In this document: piece after piece, positions 12,656 to 27,688 of the stretch
How the letters are laid out: the number at the start of each line of letters is the position of its first letter
How positions within the stretch are numbered: the first letter of the stretch is position 1
Origin: Squalus acanthias
Lineage: Eukaryota
Reading direction: 5' to 3'
NCBI GenBank assembly: GCA_030390025.1
Contig: CM059433.1
Coordinates: 2,790,001 to 2,854,000, forward strand
Length of the DNA: 64,000 nucleotides
The notes under the pieces: generated by a model
What the model was told of the DNA's origin: nothing
The model's input: only the letters and a program-made list of their open reading frames with translations
Databases searched by the model: none
Program-made: the position numbers and the translations under genes

Positions 12656-12968
12656 GGGCAACACGGTGGCATAGTGGTTAGCACTGTTGCCTCACAGCGC
12701 CAGGGACCCGGGTTCGAATCCGGCCCCGGGTGACTGTCTGTGTGGAGTTTGCACATTCTCCCCGTGTCTCCGTGGGTTTCCTCCGGGTGCTCCGGTTTCC
12801 TCTCACAGTCCAAAGATGTGCGGGTTAGGTTGATTTGGCTATGATAAATTGACCCTTATTGTTAGGGGGATTAAATACGTGGGGTTACGGGGATAGGGTG
12901 GGATATGTGTTGGTGCAGGCTCGATGGGCCGAAATGGCCTCTATCTGCACTGTGGGGATTCTGTGATT
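12656..12968 (+). mobile_element. tRNA-derived V-SINE (HE1-like of elasmobranchs)
   Basis: A box tggcatagtgg, B box ggttcgaatcc, V-domain tgtggagtttgcacattctccccgtgtct...ccggtttcctc, CR1-like tail gatgggccgaaatggcct. Confidence 0.9.
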
Positions 12969-13050
12969 AGTTTTGTATGCAGCGATATTACCTGTTCCAA
13001 TATGCAGAGTCTCCTGAATAGTTACTGCATGCTGCAGACATAAGAGACTG

Positions 13051-13184
13051 TATTGGAAAGGGTATTAAGGGTTACGGAACCAAGGCGGGTAGATGGAGTT
13101 AAGATGCAGATCTGCCATGATCTATTTTAATGATGGAACAGGCTTGAGCGGCTGAATGGCCTACTCCTGTTCCTCTGTTCCTAT
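13051..13184 (+). mobile_element. Short CR1 3' tail
   Basis: gccatgatct...gaacaggcttgag...tgaatggcctactcctgttcct resembles the other CR1 tails in the window. Confidence 0.75.
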
Positions 13185-13187
13185 ATC

Positions 13188-13790
13188 CCTACTTCACAAC
13201 CTTGCATTACAAAGAGGACTGCCTTTGGAGGACCCAGACTAGTGGCAGCAGTCCTTGTCGGACGAGGAAGACAAGGGGGCAGAGCAGGAAGTAGCAGAAG
13301 AAGGAGGGCCACCTCAGTGCCTCGCAGCAAGAGTTGAGAAGGACCAGCTCACAGGTCAGTGATTCCGGTGACTTGTTCATTCTCCATGCTCCTCTGCCCA
13401 GCCAACTTTGATCATTCCTTCAGCACTCCCTTAATCCTGCATTAAAGGACATTATACTGAGAATGTGGACTCAGAAACTGCTGGGAAACCACACTGTAGA
13501 CCAGAGAGCCAAATATAACAAGGTGATGAATTTAATGCCAAACATAGCAATTGCCTTGATTTAATCTCTCACCCAAGTTCTTAACCCACGTTGCTTTTCT
13601 TAAAGAAAGTTTACTAATTCTACCGCCCCTACAAGGTGCTCCCCGAGCGGCCTCCGCAAAGCTGGTGGAAGGCTGCTGTTGCTCATGTTGGGACCCTCGA
13701 GCTGCTTATGGCTGGTGATTTCTGGGTGTTCGAGCCTGTGAGGGCCCCTCTGCAGACTGCTGTACCCCAACAGCTGCCGTACCAGCCTGC
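13188..13790 (+). mobile_element. Harbinger remnant: transposase C-terminus and convergent 3' region
   Basis: Translates LLHNLALQRGLPLEDP followed by an acidic stretch, typical of HARBI1-like C-termini. Confidence 0.6.
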
Positions 13791-14254
13791 CTGATCAGCA
13801 ACGCATATCCTGTTAATGGCACTTCCATGCTTTGGCTGAAACAGATCCAGACACCAGTTTTACTGGCCTTCTCATGGATTGCAGTGTTGAGTGCAGGCCA
13901 AGCAATTGAGTGTACACACAAGAGCTACTGTTCCATTCAACAGCAAACCGGTGTAATGTTTCCTAGAACAAATTATAAATCACCATTGAATATTTTCGTT
14001 CAAGCATAATTATTGTTACATTTCTGGGAAATTGATGTACAAACTGCTTGAGAATCCCTATCACAGGTATACTGGTATTGAAACTAGTTTATGGTCAGAC
14101 ATCACAAAATATCACTGAATGACAATGCAAGGGAAGAGAAATAGGACAATATAAAACTATATGTAGTATTATAAGGTATCTTGAAATAACAAATTGAAGA
14201 GCAGATTGATTGCTGTCAATGACACGTCATGATAAAATTTGCAGAACACAAACT

Positions 14255-14430
14255 GGGGGTAATTTTGACTGCTCGATGATATAAAACAGGCGATAATTTA
14301 TCAGCCGCCCGTTATCCGTCTCTCCTGATTTTCACTTCCATCGAAGGCAATAGAAATAAAAATCGGGAGAAACATATGATGATCCGATATCGCCCGTTTT
14401 ACACGATCGCCCAAAGTCAAAATGACCTCC
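14255..14430. mobile_element. Short fold-back (palindromic) MITE
   Basis: TIRs gggggtaattttgact / agtcaaaatgacctcc, with internal arms also complementary; flanks ACT/ATT; decayed relatives near 4928-5013 and 34312-34411. Confidence 0.7.
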
Positions 14431-14928
14431 ATTGGCCATAGTTTGCTGGAATACTGTTTCTTTGCTTTGTAATTAAATATATTGGTTCCACACGTGACTG
14501 AGATGCAGCTAAAGTTACTCAATGAAGGGAAGTGAGTTGTGGTGGACTTGAACTCATGGCCCACGGACTAAAGTGATCAAAAGCACAGTCATTCTGTGAC
14601 CTTCAGAAATGTTTATACCGCAGCAACTCCACAAAACATCCAGATCCTACACACTTGGTAGATTTAGCATAATTTGAAGGTTGATGAACTGCAGAACAGC
14701 AATGGCATCCAGATTGCATGACGGTGGCCCAATTTAATGTATTACATTTATGTTAGTATTTGCCTGACGTAGTGCTGGCACAGTGGAAGTTATTTTTTAT
14801 TTGTTCCTGGGATGTGGGTGTCGCCAGCATTTATTGCCCATTCCTAATTGCATTTGTGAAGGTGGTGGTGAGTGGAAGGGGAACTATCAGAGGCATTGAA
14901 CACTGCTCTACATAAAGCTGAACATTAA

Positions 14929-15568
14929 AGGGGAAAAATTGTGTGGCGCCCATTTTGGGGCTAATTTTAGCGCCCCAAAAAGGTTAGCGTCCCTCCGCCG
15001 TAAATTCAGAAGTAGCGCCCAAAGCAGGAGGTGAGGCGCTACTGGAAAACACTCCACCTCCTGCTGGGGGCGCTACTACTGAATTTCATGGCGCTGCGTG
15101 CAGCCGCGTCACGTAGCACCGCGTCATTGCAGACCTCGTCCCCTGATTAAAGGGGAGGGGCCTAGTGCTGGACCATCGGGGAGTGCCAGGCTGAGCGATC
15201 GTGGCCGGCACCCCGCATAAAAAAGCGAAAGGGAGGCAGGTGCTGGCAGTCGGCCAAAATAAAAAAGGCCGCCCGACACCTACCCCTTTAACTTGCACCG
15301 CCGCCGCTGCCAAACTGCCCCCTGATCCTGTTGCTCACATCGCCCGGCGATTGGTCAGGGGGAACTAGGGAAGTATGCGACCGGGGCGCAAGAGGGGCGC
15401 TACGCATGGCGATGACGTAATCGCCGGCAGCACAGCATTGTGGGGCGCAACCGGCTATCGCCGCCGCTATCCCCCCACTGAATTTCACGGGAGGCGTTAG
15501 CGGCGCTGCGCCCGGGCGCTCGGGGCTTTGCGCTAACGGGAGGCGCAAACCAACCCAATTTTTCCCCC
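14929..15568. mobile_element. Harbinger/Tourist-like MITE
   Basis: TSD TAA (14926-14928 / 15569-15571); TIRs aggggaaaaattg / caatttttccccc (12/13 match). Confidence 0.85.
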
Positions 15569-16852
15569 TAAGAGACAAAGCTGATCGTGCACTTTCGGAT
15601 TTGGATTCCATCACGTTGCTCTCATTGTTTTCTCACTGGTTAGTTGAAGCTGCACTTTTATGAACTTGTTAGCGAAGGATTAATCACATGGGACAGCTAT
15701 TGATTTTTCTTTATATTAATTTAACTGTGTTCAGTAACTTTTCAATTGAAACTGACCTCACGAGCAGTTTGGTTATCTCTTTGACATGGACAGATCCTGT
15801 AATAAGACCTTGGGAGGCTTCTGGTGCGAGTGGGTACGTAGACGGAATACCACTTGTAGATGATTTGTCTTTGAACTTCACAGGGACATAAGAGAGATGT
15901 GGCAACTTTATAATAGTTAGGTGTCTGTAAAGTTGAGGCTGGAAGTATTGATTTAGAAACGGATGTATGTGAAAGACACCCCAGAAGGCAACATCTGTTG
16001 AAAGGGAACATGGCCCAGGGTGATGGAACAGTAACACGCGCACAGGAGTGTAAGAGTGTCTTTGATAGTTTCTGTAACTGACTTCATCCGAAGGATTTGA
16101 TTGACAGATCAATCAGGATGTGTAAAACTGAAGTAATTGACAGGGGACATGAAAAGAACATTAGGTAATACTAAAGCCGAACAGGATTGGGAAAAAATGA
16201 TTTAAAAAGTAGTTGATGGGAGAAAGACCTCAAGAATTCGATGCGGCCTGTTCAACCGACAGTTTTGCTGTCAACAGGTGAATTCTGTGGTTAAAAACTA
16301 ACATGCTTTTTTCCCATAAGTGCTGCTGTTAAGTGTATGTTTAATTATTGTCAATAATAGTTATTATTTAGATTCTTTCATGTTGCTATCATTATTCTAT
16401 CAAAGGTTAGTCGAAACTGCACTCATGTGAACTGATCGGTTCAGGTCAAAGTCTGAAGTGAGCAGATTATGAAATATCAAAATTAATCTGAATTTACTCA
16501 GTTTGGACACAGATTGAACTTGAGGGGTTAAAAATACGATAGCCCCTGAAAACCGGCGCGGGGATCGCAATGCACGATCGGCCCATGCCCATTGAAAGGA
16601 ATGAAGGTGGCACAGGACCCTTGTGCTGCCTGCTGATTACAATCAATGCAACATTCAGCCCAGCACTGTATGCGCTGCTGAGTGTCTGAACGCTCACCAG
16701 GGGTCTCAAGTTCACGCGAGGCCAGCTCCAATTAAAGCTAGCCTCCACTTCTTAAAGGCAGTCTGCACCTCTTAAAGGGGAGGTGCGTTCTGCCTGCAGC
16801 AGCTCATGTAACTGGTTGTGGAGGCAAGGCTCGGAAAGAAGAAGAGTGAATA

Positions 16853-17100
16853 ATGGCTCAACAGGCCAGAGAAAGGGCACCGAGGTTCTTGGCCGCAGCA
16901 CTAGCGGCCTTAGTGCAGGGGTTGGAAAGGAGGAGGCTGGTCCTCTATCCGCAGGAGGCCAGGATTCCAGGAGGTCCTCCAAATATGCACTGTGAAGGCA
17001 GTGGGAGCAAATAGCCAACGAGGTCACTGCCAGCAGTCTTGCCCCGAGGACATGGATGCAGTGCTGAAAGAAATTCATTGACCTCACATGAGTGGTTAAG
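16853..17100 (+). pseudogene. Harbinger Myb/SANT gene exon 1 (element starts near 16524; intron 1 runs to about 27297)
   Basis: MAQQARERAPRF...WEQIANEV...PRTWMQC*KKFIDL with stops and frameshifts; donor aag|gtcagt at 17101. Confidence 0.8.
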
Positions 17101-17337
17101 GTCAGTGAATGCATCTTCAAAAGCCGTCTCGCGCCAACTGCACCAGTAGCCTGAGACACCACTCAATGCACCACACCCCCATCGCTCACCTACCAACAAG
17201 CTCTAACAATCACAACTAAAACCTCAGATTCATGGCTTCACCTCACCCTCACACACTTACCACTGCTGCAACATTCACGCCCACATCTCACAACTTGCAC
17301 ACACTGCCAGCTATTCAACCATGACAGGAAATTCACA

Positions 17338-20300
17338 CAAACACATTGCACCACACTAACTGACCCACATCACCCAAACACATTGCACCACACTCACTGA
17401 CACACTTCAACCAAACACATTGCACCACACTCACTGACACACTTCACCCAAACACACTGCACCACACTCACTGACCCACATCACCCAAACACATTGCACC
17501 ACACTCACTGACACACAATCACCCAAACACACTGCACCACACTCACTGACCCACATCATCCAAACACATTGCACCACACTCACTGACACACAATCACCCA
17601 AACACATTGCACCACACTCACTGACACCCACATCACCCAAACACATTGCACCACACTCACTGACACACAATCACCCAAACACATTGCACCACACTCACTG
17701 ACACACACATCACCCAAAAGCATTGCACCACACTCACTGACACACTTCACCCAAACACATTGCACTACACTCACTGACACACTTCACCCAAACACACTGC
17801 ACCACACTCACTGACACACACATCACCCAAACACATTGCACCACACTCACTGACACACACATTACCAAAACACATTGCACCACACTCACTGACACACTTC
17901 ACCCAAACACATTGCACCACACTCACTGACACACTTCACCCAAACACACTACACCACACTCACTGACACACATCACCCAAACACATTGCACCACACTCAC
18001 TGACACACGCATCACCCAAACACATTGCACCACACTCACTGACACACTTCACCCAAACACATTGCACCACACTCACTGACACACTTCACCCAAACACATT
18101 GCACCACACTCACTGACACACTTCACCCAAACACACTACACCACACTCACTGACACACATCACCCAAACACATTGCACCACACTCACTGACACACACATC
18201 ACCCAAACACATTGCACCACACTCACTGACACACACATCACCCAAACACATTGCACCACACTCACTGACACACACATCACCCAAACACATGGCACTACAC
18301 TCACTGACACACAATCACCCAAACACATTGCACCACACTCACTGACACACATCACCCAAACACATTGCACCACACTCACTGACACACATCACCCAAACAC
18401 ATTGCACCACACTCACTGACACACTTCACCCAAACACACTACACCACACTCACTGACACACATCACCCAAACACATTGCACCACACTCACTGAAACACAC
18501 ATCACCCAAACACATTGCACCACACTCACTGACACACTTCACCCAAACACATTGCACCACACTCACTGACACACTTCACCCAAACACATTGCACTACACT
18601 CACTGACACACTTCACCCAAACACACTGCACCACACTCACTGACACACACATCACCCAAACACATTGCACCACACTCACTGACACACACATTACCAAAAC
18701 ACATTGCACCACACTCACTGACACACTTCACCCAAACACATTGCACCACACTCACTGACACACTTCACCCAAACACACTACACCACACTCACTGACACAC
18801 TTCACCCAAACACACTACACCACACTCACTGACACACGCATCACCCAAACACATTGCACCACACTCACTGACACACTTCACCCAAACACATTGCACCACA
18901 CTCACTGACACACTTCACCCAAACACATTGCACCACACTCACTGACACACTTCACCCAAAAACACTACACCACACTCACTGACACACATCACCCAAACAC
19001 ATTGCACCACACTCACTGACACACACATCACCCAAACACATTGCACCACACTCACTGACACACACATCACCCAAACACATGGCACTACACTCACTGACAC
19101 ACAATCACCCAAACACATTGCACCACACTCACTGACACACATCACCCAAACACATTGCACCACACTCACTGACACACATCACCCAAACACATTGCACCAC
19201 ACTCACTGACACACATCACCCAAACACATTGCACCACACTCACTGACACACACATCACCCAAACACACTGCACCACACTCACTGACACACTTCACCCAAA
19301 CACATTGCACCACACTCACTGACACACTTCACCCAAACACACTACACCACACTCACTGACACACATCACCCAAACACATTGCACCACACTCACTGAAACA
19401 CACATCACCCAAACACATTGCACCACACTCACTGACACACTTCACCCAAACACATTGCACCACACTCACTGACACACTTCACCCAAACACACTGCACCAC
19501 ACTCACTGACACACTTCACCCAAACACATTGCATCACACTCACTGACACACATCACCCAAACACATTGCACCACACTCACTGAACCACATCACCCAAACA
19601 CATTGCACCACACTCACTGACACACTTCACCCAAACACATTGCACCACACTCACTGAACCACATCACCCAAACACATTGCACCACACTCACTGACACACT
19701 TCACCCAAACACATTGCAGCACACTCACTGACCCACATCGCCCAAACACATTGCACCACACTCACTGACACACACATCGCCCAAACACATTGCACCACAC
19801 TCACTGACACACAATCACCCAAACACACTGCAGCACACTCACTGACCCACATCACCCAAACACATTGCACCACACTCACTGACACACAATCACCCAAACA
19901 CACTGCACCACACTCACTGACCCACATCATCCAAACACATTGCACCACACTCACTGACACACAATCACCCAAACACATTGCACCACACTCACTGACCCAC
20001 ATCACCCAAACAAATTGCACCACACTCACTGACACACAATCACCCAAACACATTGCACCACACTCACTGACACACACATCACCCAAAAGCATTGCACCAC
20101 ACTCACTGACACACTTCACCCAAACACATTGCACTACACTCACTGACACACTTCACCCAAACACACTGCACCACACTCACTGACACACACATCACCCAAA
20201 CACATTGCACCACACTCACTGACACACACATTACCAAAACACATTGCACCACACTCACTAACACACTTCACCCAAACACATTGCACCACACTCACTGACA

Positions 20301-23300
20301 CACTTCACCCAAACACACTACACCACACTCACTGACACACATCACCCAAACACATTGCACCACACTCACTGACACACGCATCACCCAAACACATTGCACC
20401 ACACTCACTGACACACTTCACCCAAACACATTGCACCACACTCACTGACACACTTCACCCAAACACATTGCACCACACTCACTGACACACTTCACACAAA
20501 CACACTACACCACACTCACTGACACACACATCACCCAAACACATTGCACCACACTCACTGACACACATATCACCCAAACACATTGCACCACACTCACTGA
20601 CACACACATCACCCAAACACATTGCACCACACTCACTGACACACACATCACCCAAACACATGGCACTACACTCACTGACACACAATCACCCAAACACATT
20701 GCACCACACTCACTGACACACATCACCCAAACACATTGCACCACACTCACTGACACACATCACCCAAACACATTGCACCACACTCACTGACACACATCAC
20801 CCAAACACATTGCACCACACTCACTGACACACACATCACCCAAACACACTGCACTACACTCACTGACACACTTCACCCAAACACATTGCACCACACTCAC
20901 TGACACACACATCACCCAAACACATTGCACCACACTCACTGACACACATCACCCAAACACATTGCACCACACTCACTGACACACTTCACCCAAACACATT
21001 GCACCACACTCACTGACACACTTCACCCAAACACACTACACCACACTCACTGACACACATCACCCAAACACATTGCACCACACTCACTGAAACACACTTC
21101 ACCCAAACACATTGCACCACACTCACTGACACACTTCACCCAAACACATTGCACCACACTCACTGACACACATCACCCAAACACACTACACCACACTCAC
21201 TGACACACTTCACCCAAACACATTGCACCACACTCACTGACACACTTCACCCAAACACACTACACCACACTCACTGACACACATCACCCAAACACATTGC
21301 ACCACACTCACTGACACACACTTCACCCAAACACATTACACCACACTCACTGACACACATCACCCAAACACATTGCACCACACTCACTGACACACTTCAC
21401 CCAAACACATTGCACCACACTCACTGACACACACATCACCCAAACACATTGCACCACACTCACTGACACGCACATCACCCAAACACATTGCACCACACTC
21501 ACTGACACACTTCACCCAAACACATTGCACCACACTCACTGACACACTTCACCCAAACACATTGCACCACACTCACTGACACACACTTCACCCAAACACA
21601 TTGCACCACAGTCACTGACACACTTCACCCAAACACATTGCACCACACTCACTGACACACTTCACTCAAACACATTGCATCACACTCGCTGACACACTTC
21701 ACCCAAACACATTGCACCACACTCACTGACACACTTCACCCAATCACACTACACCACACTCACTGACACACATCACCCAAACACATTGCACCACACTCAC
21801 TGACACACTTCACCCAAACACATTGCACCACACTCACTGACACACAATCACCCAAACACACTGCACCACACTCACTGACCCACATCATCCAAACACATTG
21901 CACCACACTCACTGACACACACATCACCCAAAAGCATTGCACCACACTCACTGACACACTTCACCCAAACACATTGCACTACACTCACTGACACACTTCA
22001 CCCAAACACACTGCACCACACTCACTGACACACACATCACCCAAACACATTGCATCACACTCACTGACACACACATTACCAAAACACATTGCACCACACT
22101 CACTGACACACTTCACCCAAACACATTGCACCACACTCACTGACACACATCACCCAAACACATTGCACCACACTCACTGAAACACACTTCACCCAAACAC
22201 ATTGCACCACACTCACTGACACACTTCACCCAAACACATTGCACCACACTCACTGACACACATCACCCAAACACACTACACCACACTCACTGACACACTT
22301 CACCCAAACACATTGCACCACACTCACTGACACACTTCACCCAAACACACTACACCACACTCACTGACACACATCACCCAAACACATTGCACCACACTCA
22401 CTGACACACACTTCACCCAAACACATTACACCACACTCACTGACACACATCACCCAAACACATTGCACCACACTCACTGACACACTTCACCCAAACACAT
22501 TGCACCACACTCACTGACACACACATCACCCAAACACATTGCACCACACTCACTGACACGCACATCACCCAAACACATTGCACCACACTCACTGACACAC
22601 TTCACCCAAACACATTGCACCACACTCACTGACACACTTCACCCAAACACATTGCACCACACTCACTGACACACACTTCACCCAAACACATTGCACCACA
22701 GTCACTGACACACTTCACCCAAACACATTGCACCACACTCACTGACACACTTCACTCAAACACATTGCATCACACTCGCTGACACACTTCACCCAAACAC
22801 ATTGCACCACACTCACTGACACACTTCACCCAATCACACTACACCACACTCACTGACACACATCACCCAAACACATTGCACCACACTCACTGACACACTT
22901 CACCCAAACACATTGCACCACACTCACTGACACACAATCACCCAAACACACTGCACCACACTCACTGACCCACATCATCCAAACACATTGCACCACACTC
23001 ACTGACACACACATCACCCAAAAGCATTGCACCACACTCACTGACACACTTCACCCAAACACATTGCACTACACTCACTGACACACTTCACCCAAACACA
23101 CTGCACCACACTCACTGACACACACATCACCCAAACACATTGCATCACACTCACTGACACACACATTACCAAAACACATTGCACCACACTCACTGACACA
23201 CTTCACCCAAACACATTGCACCACACTCACTGACACACTTCACCCAAACACACTACACCACACTCACTGACACACATCACCCAAACACATTGCACCACAC

Positions 23301-26300
23301 TCACTGACACACGCATCACCCAAACACATTGCACCACACTCACTGACACACTTCACCCAAACACATTGCACCACACTCACTGACACACTTCACCCAAACA
23401 CATTGCACCACACTCACTGACACACTTCACCCAAACACACTACACCACACTCACTGACACACATCACCCAAATACATTGCACCACACTCACTGACACACA
23501 CATCACCCAAACACATTGCACCACACTCACTGACACACACATCACCCAAACACATTGCACCACACTCACTGACACACTTCACCCAAACACACTACACCAC
23601 ACTCACTGACACACATCACCCAAACACATTGCACCACACTCACTGACACACACATCACCCAAACACATTGCACCACACTCACTGACACACACATCACCCA
23701 AACACATTGCACCACACTCACTGACACACACATCACCCAAACACATGGCACTACACTCACTGACACACTTCACCCAAACACATTGCACCACACTCACTGA
23801 CACACTTCACCCAAACACATTGCACCACACTCACTGACACACATCACCCAAACACATTGCACCACACTCACTGACACACACATCACCCAAACACATTGCA
23901 CCACACTCACTGACACACACATTATCAAAACACATTGCACCACACTCACTGACACACTTCACCCAAACACATTGCACCACACTCACTGACACACTTCACC
24001 CAAACACACTACACCACACTCACTGACACACATCACCCAAACACATTGCACCACACTCACTGACACATACATCACCCAAACACATTGCACCACACTCACT
24101 GACACACTTCACCCAAACACATTGCACCACACTCACTGACACACATCACCCAAACACACTACACCACACTCACTGACACACTTCACCCAAACACATTGCA
24201 CCACACTCACTGACACACTTCACCCAATCACACTACACCACACTCACTGACACACCTCACCCAAACACATTGCACCACACTCACTGACACACACTTCACC
24301 CAAACACATTGCACCACACTCACTGACACACTTCACCCAAACACACTACACCACACTCACTGACACACATCACCCAAACACATTGCACCACACTCACTGA
24401 CACACACATCACCCAAACACATTGCACCACACTCACTGACACACACATCACCCAAACACATGGCACCACACTCACTGACACACTTCACCCAAACACATTG
24501 CACCACACTCACTGACACACATCACCCAAACACATTGCACCACACTCACTGACACACACATCACCCAAACACACTGCACTACACTCACTGACACACTTCA
24601 CCCAAACACATTGCACCACACTCACTGACACACACATCACCCAAACACATTGCACCACACTCACTGACACACACATTATCAAAACACATTGCACCACACT
24701 CACTGACACACTTCACCCAAACACATTGCACCACAGTCACTGACACACTTCACCCAAACACACTACACCACACTCACTGACACACATCACCCAAACACAT
24801 TGCACCACACTCACTGACACACACATCACCCAAACACATTGCACCACACTCACTGACACACTTCACCCAAACACATTGCACCACACTCACTGACACACTT
24901 CACCCAAACACACTACACCACACTCACTGACACACTTCACCCAAACACATTGCACCACACTCACTGACACACTTCACCCAAACACACTACACCACACTCA
25001 CTGACACACATCACCCAAACACATTGCACCACACTCACTGACACACACTTCACCCAAACACATTGCACCACACTCACTGACACACTTCACCCAAACACAC
25101 TGCACCACACTCACTGACACACATCACCCAAACACATTGCACCACACTCACTGACACACACATCACCCAAACACATTGCACCACACTCACTGACACACAC
25201 ATCACCCAAACACATCCAAACACATTGCACCGCACTCACTGACACACTTCACCCAAACACATTGCACCACACTCACTGACACACATCACCCAAACACACT
25301 ACACCACACTCACTGACACACTTCACCCAAACACATTGCACCACACTCACTGACACACTTCACCCAAACACACTACACCACACTCACTGACACACATCAC
25401 CCAAACACATTGCACCACACTCACTGACACACACTTCACCCAAACACATTACACCACACTCACTGACACACATCACCCAAACACATTGCACCACACTCAC
25501 TGACACACACATCACCCAAACACATTGCACCACACTCACTGACACACACATCACCCAAACACATTGCACCACACTCACTGACACACTTCACCCAAACACA
25601 TTGCACCACACTCACTGACACACTTCACCCAAACACATTGCACCACACTCACTGACACACTTCACCCAAACACATTGCACCACACTCACTGACACACACA
25701 TCACCCAAACACATTGCACCACACTCACTGACACACTTCACCCAAACACACTGCACCACACTCACTGACACACACATCACCCAAACACATTGCACCACAC
25801 TCACTGACACACACATCACCCAAACACATTGCGCCACACTCACTGACACTCTTCACCCAAACACATTGCACCACACTCACTGACACACTTCACGCAAACA
25901 CATTGCACCACACTCACTGACACACTTCACCCAAACACATTGCACCACACTCACTGACACACACATCAGCCAAACACATTGCACCACACTCACTGACACA
26001 CTTCACCCAAACACATTGCACCACACTCACTGACACACATCACCCAAACACACTACACCACACTCACTGACACACTTCACCCAAACACATTGCACCACAC
26101 TCACTGACACACTTCACCCAAACACACTACACCACACTCACTGACACACATCACCCAAACACATTGCACCACACTCACTGACACACACTTCACCCAAACA
26201 CATTGCACCACACTCACTGACACACTTCACCCAAACACACTACACCACACTCACTGACACACATCACCCAAACACATTGCACCACACTCACTGACACACA

Positions 26301-27281
26301 CATCACCCAAACACATTGCACCACACTCACTGACACACATCACCCAAACACATGGCACCACACTCACTGACACACTTCACCCAAACACATTGCACCACAC
26401 TCACTGACACACATCACCCAAACACATTGCACCACACTCACTGACACACATCACCCAAACACATTGCACCACACTCACTGACACACACATCACCCAAACA
26501 CACTGCACTACACTCACTGACACACTTCACCCAAACACATTGCACCACACTCACTGACACACACATCACCCAAACACATTGCACCACACTCACTGACACA
26601 CACATTATCAAAACACATTGCACCACACTCACTGACACACTTCACCCAAACACATTGCACCACACTCACTGACACACTTCACCCAAACACACTACACCAC
26701 ACTCACTGACACACATCACCCAAACACATTGCACCACACTCACTGACACACACATCACCCAAACACATTGCACCACACTCACTGACACACTTCACCCAAA
26801 CACATTGCACCACACTCACTGACACACATCACCCAAACACACTACACCACACTCACTGACACACTTCACCCAAACACATTGCACCACACTCACTGACACA
26901 CTTCACCCAAACACACTACACCACACTCACTGACACACATCACCCAAACACATTGCACCACACTCACTGACACACACTTCACCCAAACACATTGCACCAC
27001 ACTCACTGACACACACATCACCCAAACACATTGCACCACACTCACTGACACACTTCACCCAAACACACTGCACCACACTCACTGACACACACATCACCCA
27101 AACACATTGCACCACACTCACTGACACACACATCACCCAAACACATTGCGCCACACTCACTGACACTCTTCACCCAAACACATTGCACCACACTCACTGA
27201 CACACTTCACCCAAACACATTGCACCACACTCACTGACACACTTCACCCAAACACATTGCACCACACTCACTGACACACTT
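17338..27281. repeat. Minisatellite, 37-39-bp unit cacccaaacacattgcaccacactcactgacacac(ac)wt, about 260 copies
   Basis: Directly visible tandem array; unit length varies by AC slippage. Confidence 0.98.
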
Positions 27282-27316
27282 CCCTCTCTCTTGCAAGGCA
27301 TGGTGGCCTCACAACA

Positions 27317-27486
27317 TCAAAATCCTGGAACTCCCTCCCTAACAGCACTGTGGGAGCACCCTCACCACATGGATTGCAGCGGTTCAAGCAGGCGGCTCAC
27401 CACCACCTTCTGAAGGACAACTAGGGATGGGCAATAAATGCTGGCCTTGCCAGCGACGCCCACATCCTGTGAACAAAATTAAAAAA
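27317..27486 (+). mobile_element. 3' tail of the CR1-group (Zenon/L2-like) LINE
   Basis: Matches 137-308; A-tail. Confidence 0.85.
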
Positions 27487-27688
27487 CTAAGGAAATGCAG
27501 AAGGGTGATTAATTGACTTTGTTATGTAATGTTGGATTGATTGATTTATAAATTTGGTTTGGAATGTTTTTTTGTGCTGGCATTGATATCAGCATTGTTG
27601 CCAAGAGGACGCTGTGATATTGCATGACAGAGAAAGTTTGTGGTGGGGAAGTGTTGAGCAACAGGGATCTCGAGTTAATTCACCCGGT

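Noticed and set aside
12656..12730. tRNA gene
   Set aside because: The A and B boxes are the head of a V-SINE that continues into the V-domain and a LINE-like tail
13827..14009. Short ORF with a signal-peptide-like start (MLWLKQIQTPVLLAFSWIAVLSAGQA)
   Set aside because: 60 aa, abuts a Harbinger remnant, weak splice signals, no recognisable family
17338..27281. CRISPR-like array, or Cys/Val-rich ORFs on the minus strand
   Set aside because: Head-to-tail repeats without unique spacers, eukaryotic context and no cas genes; the ORFs are frameshifting translations of the satellite
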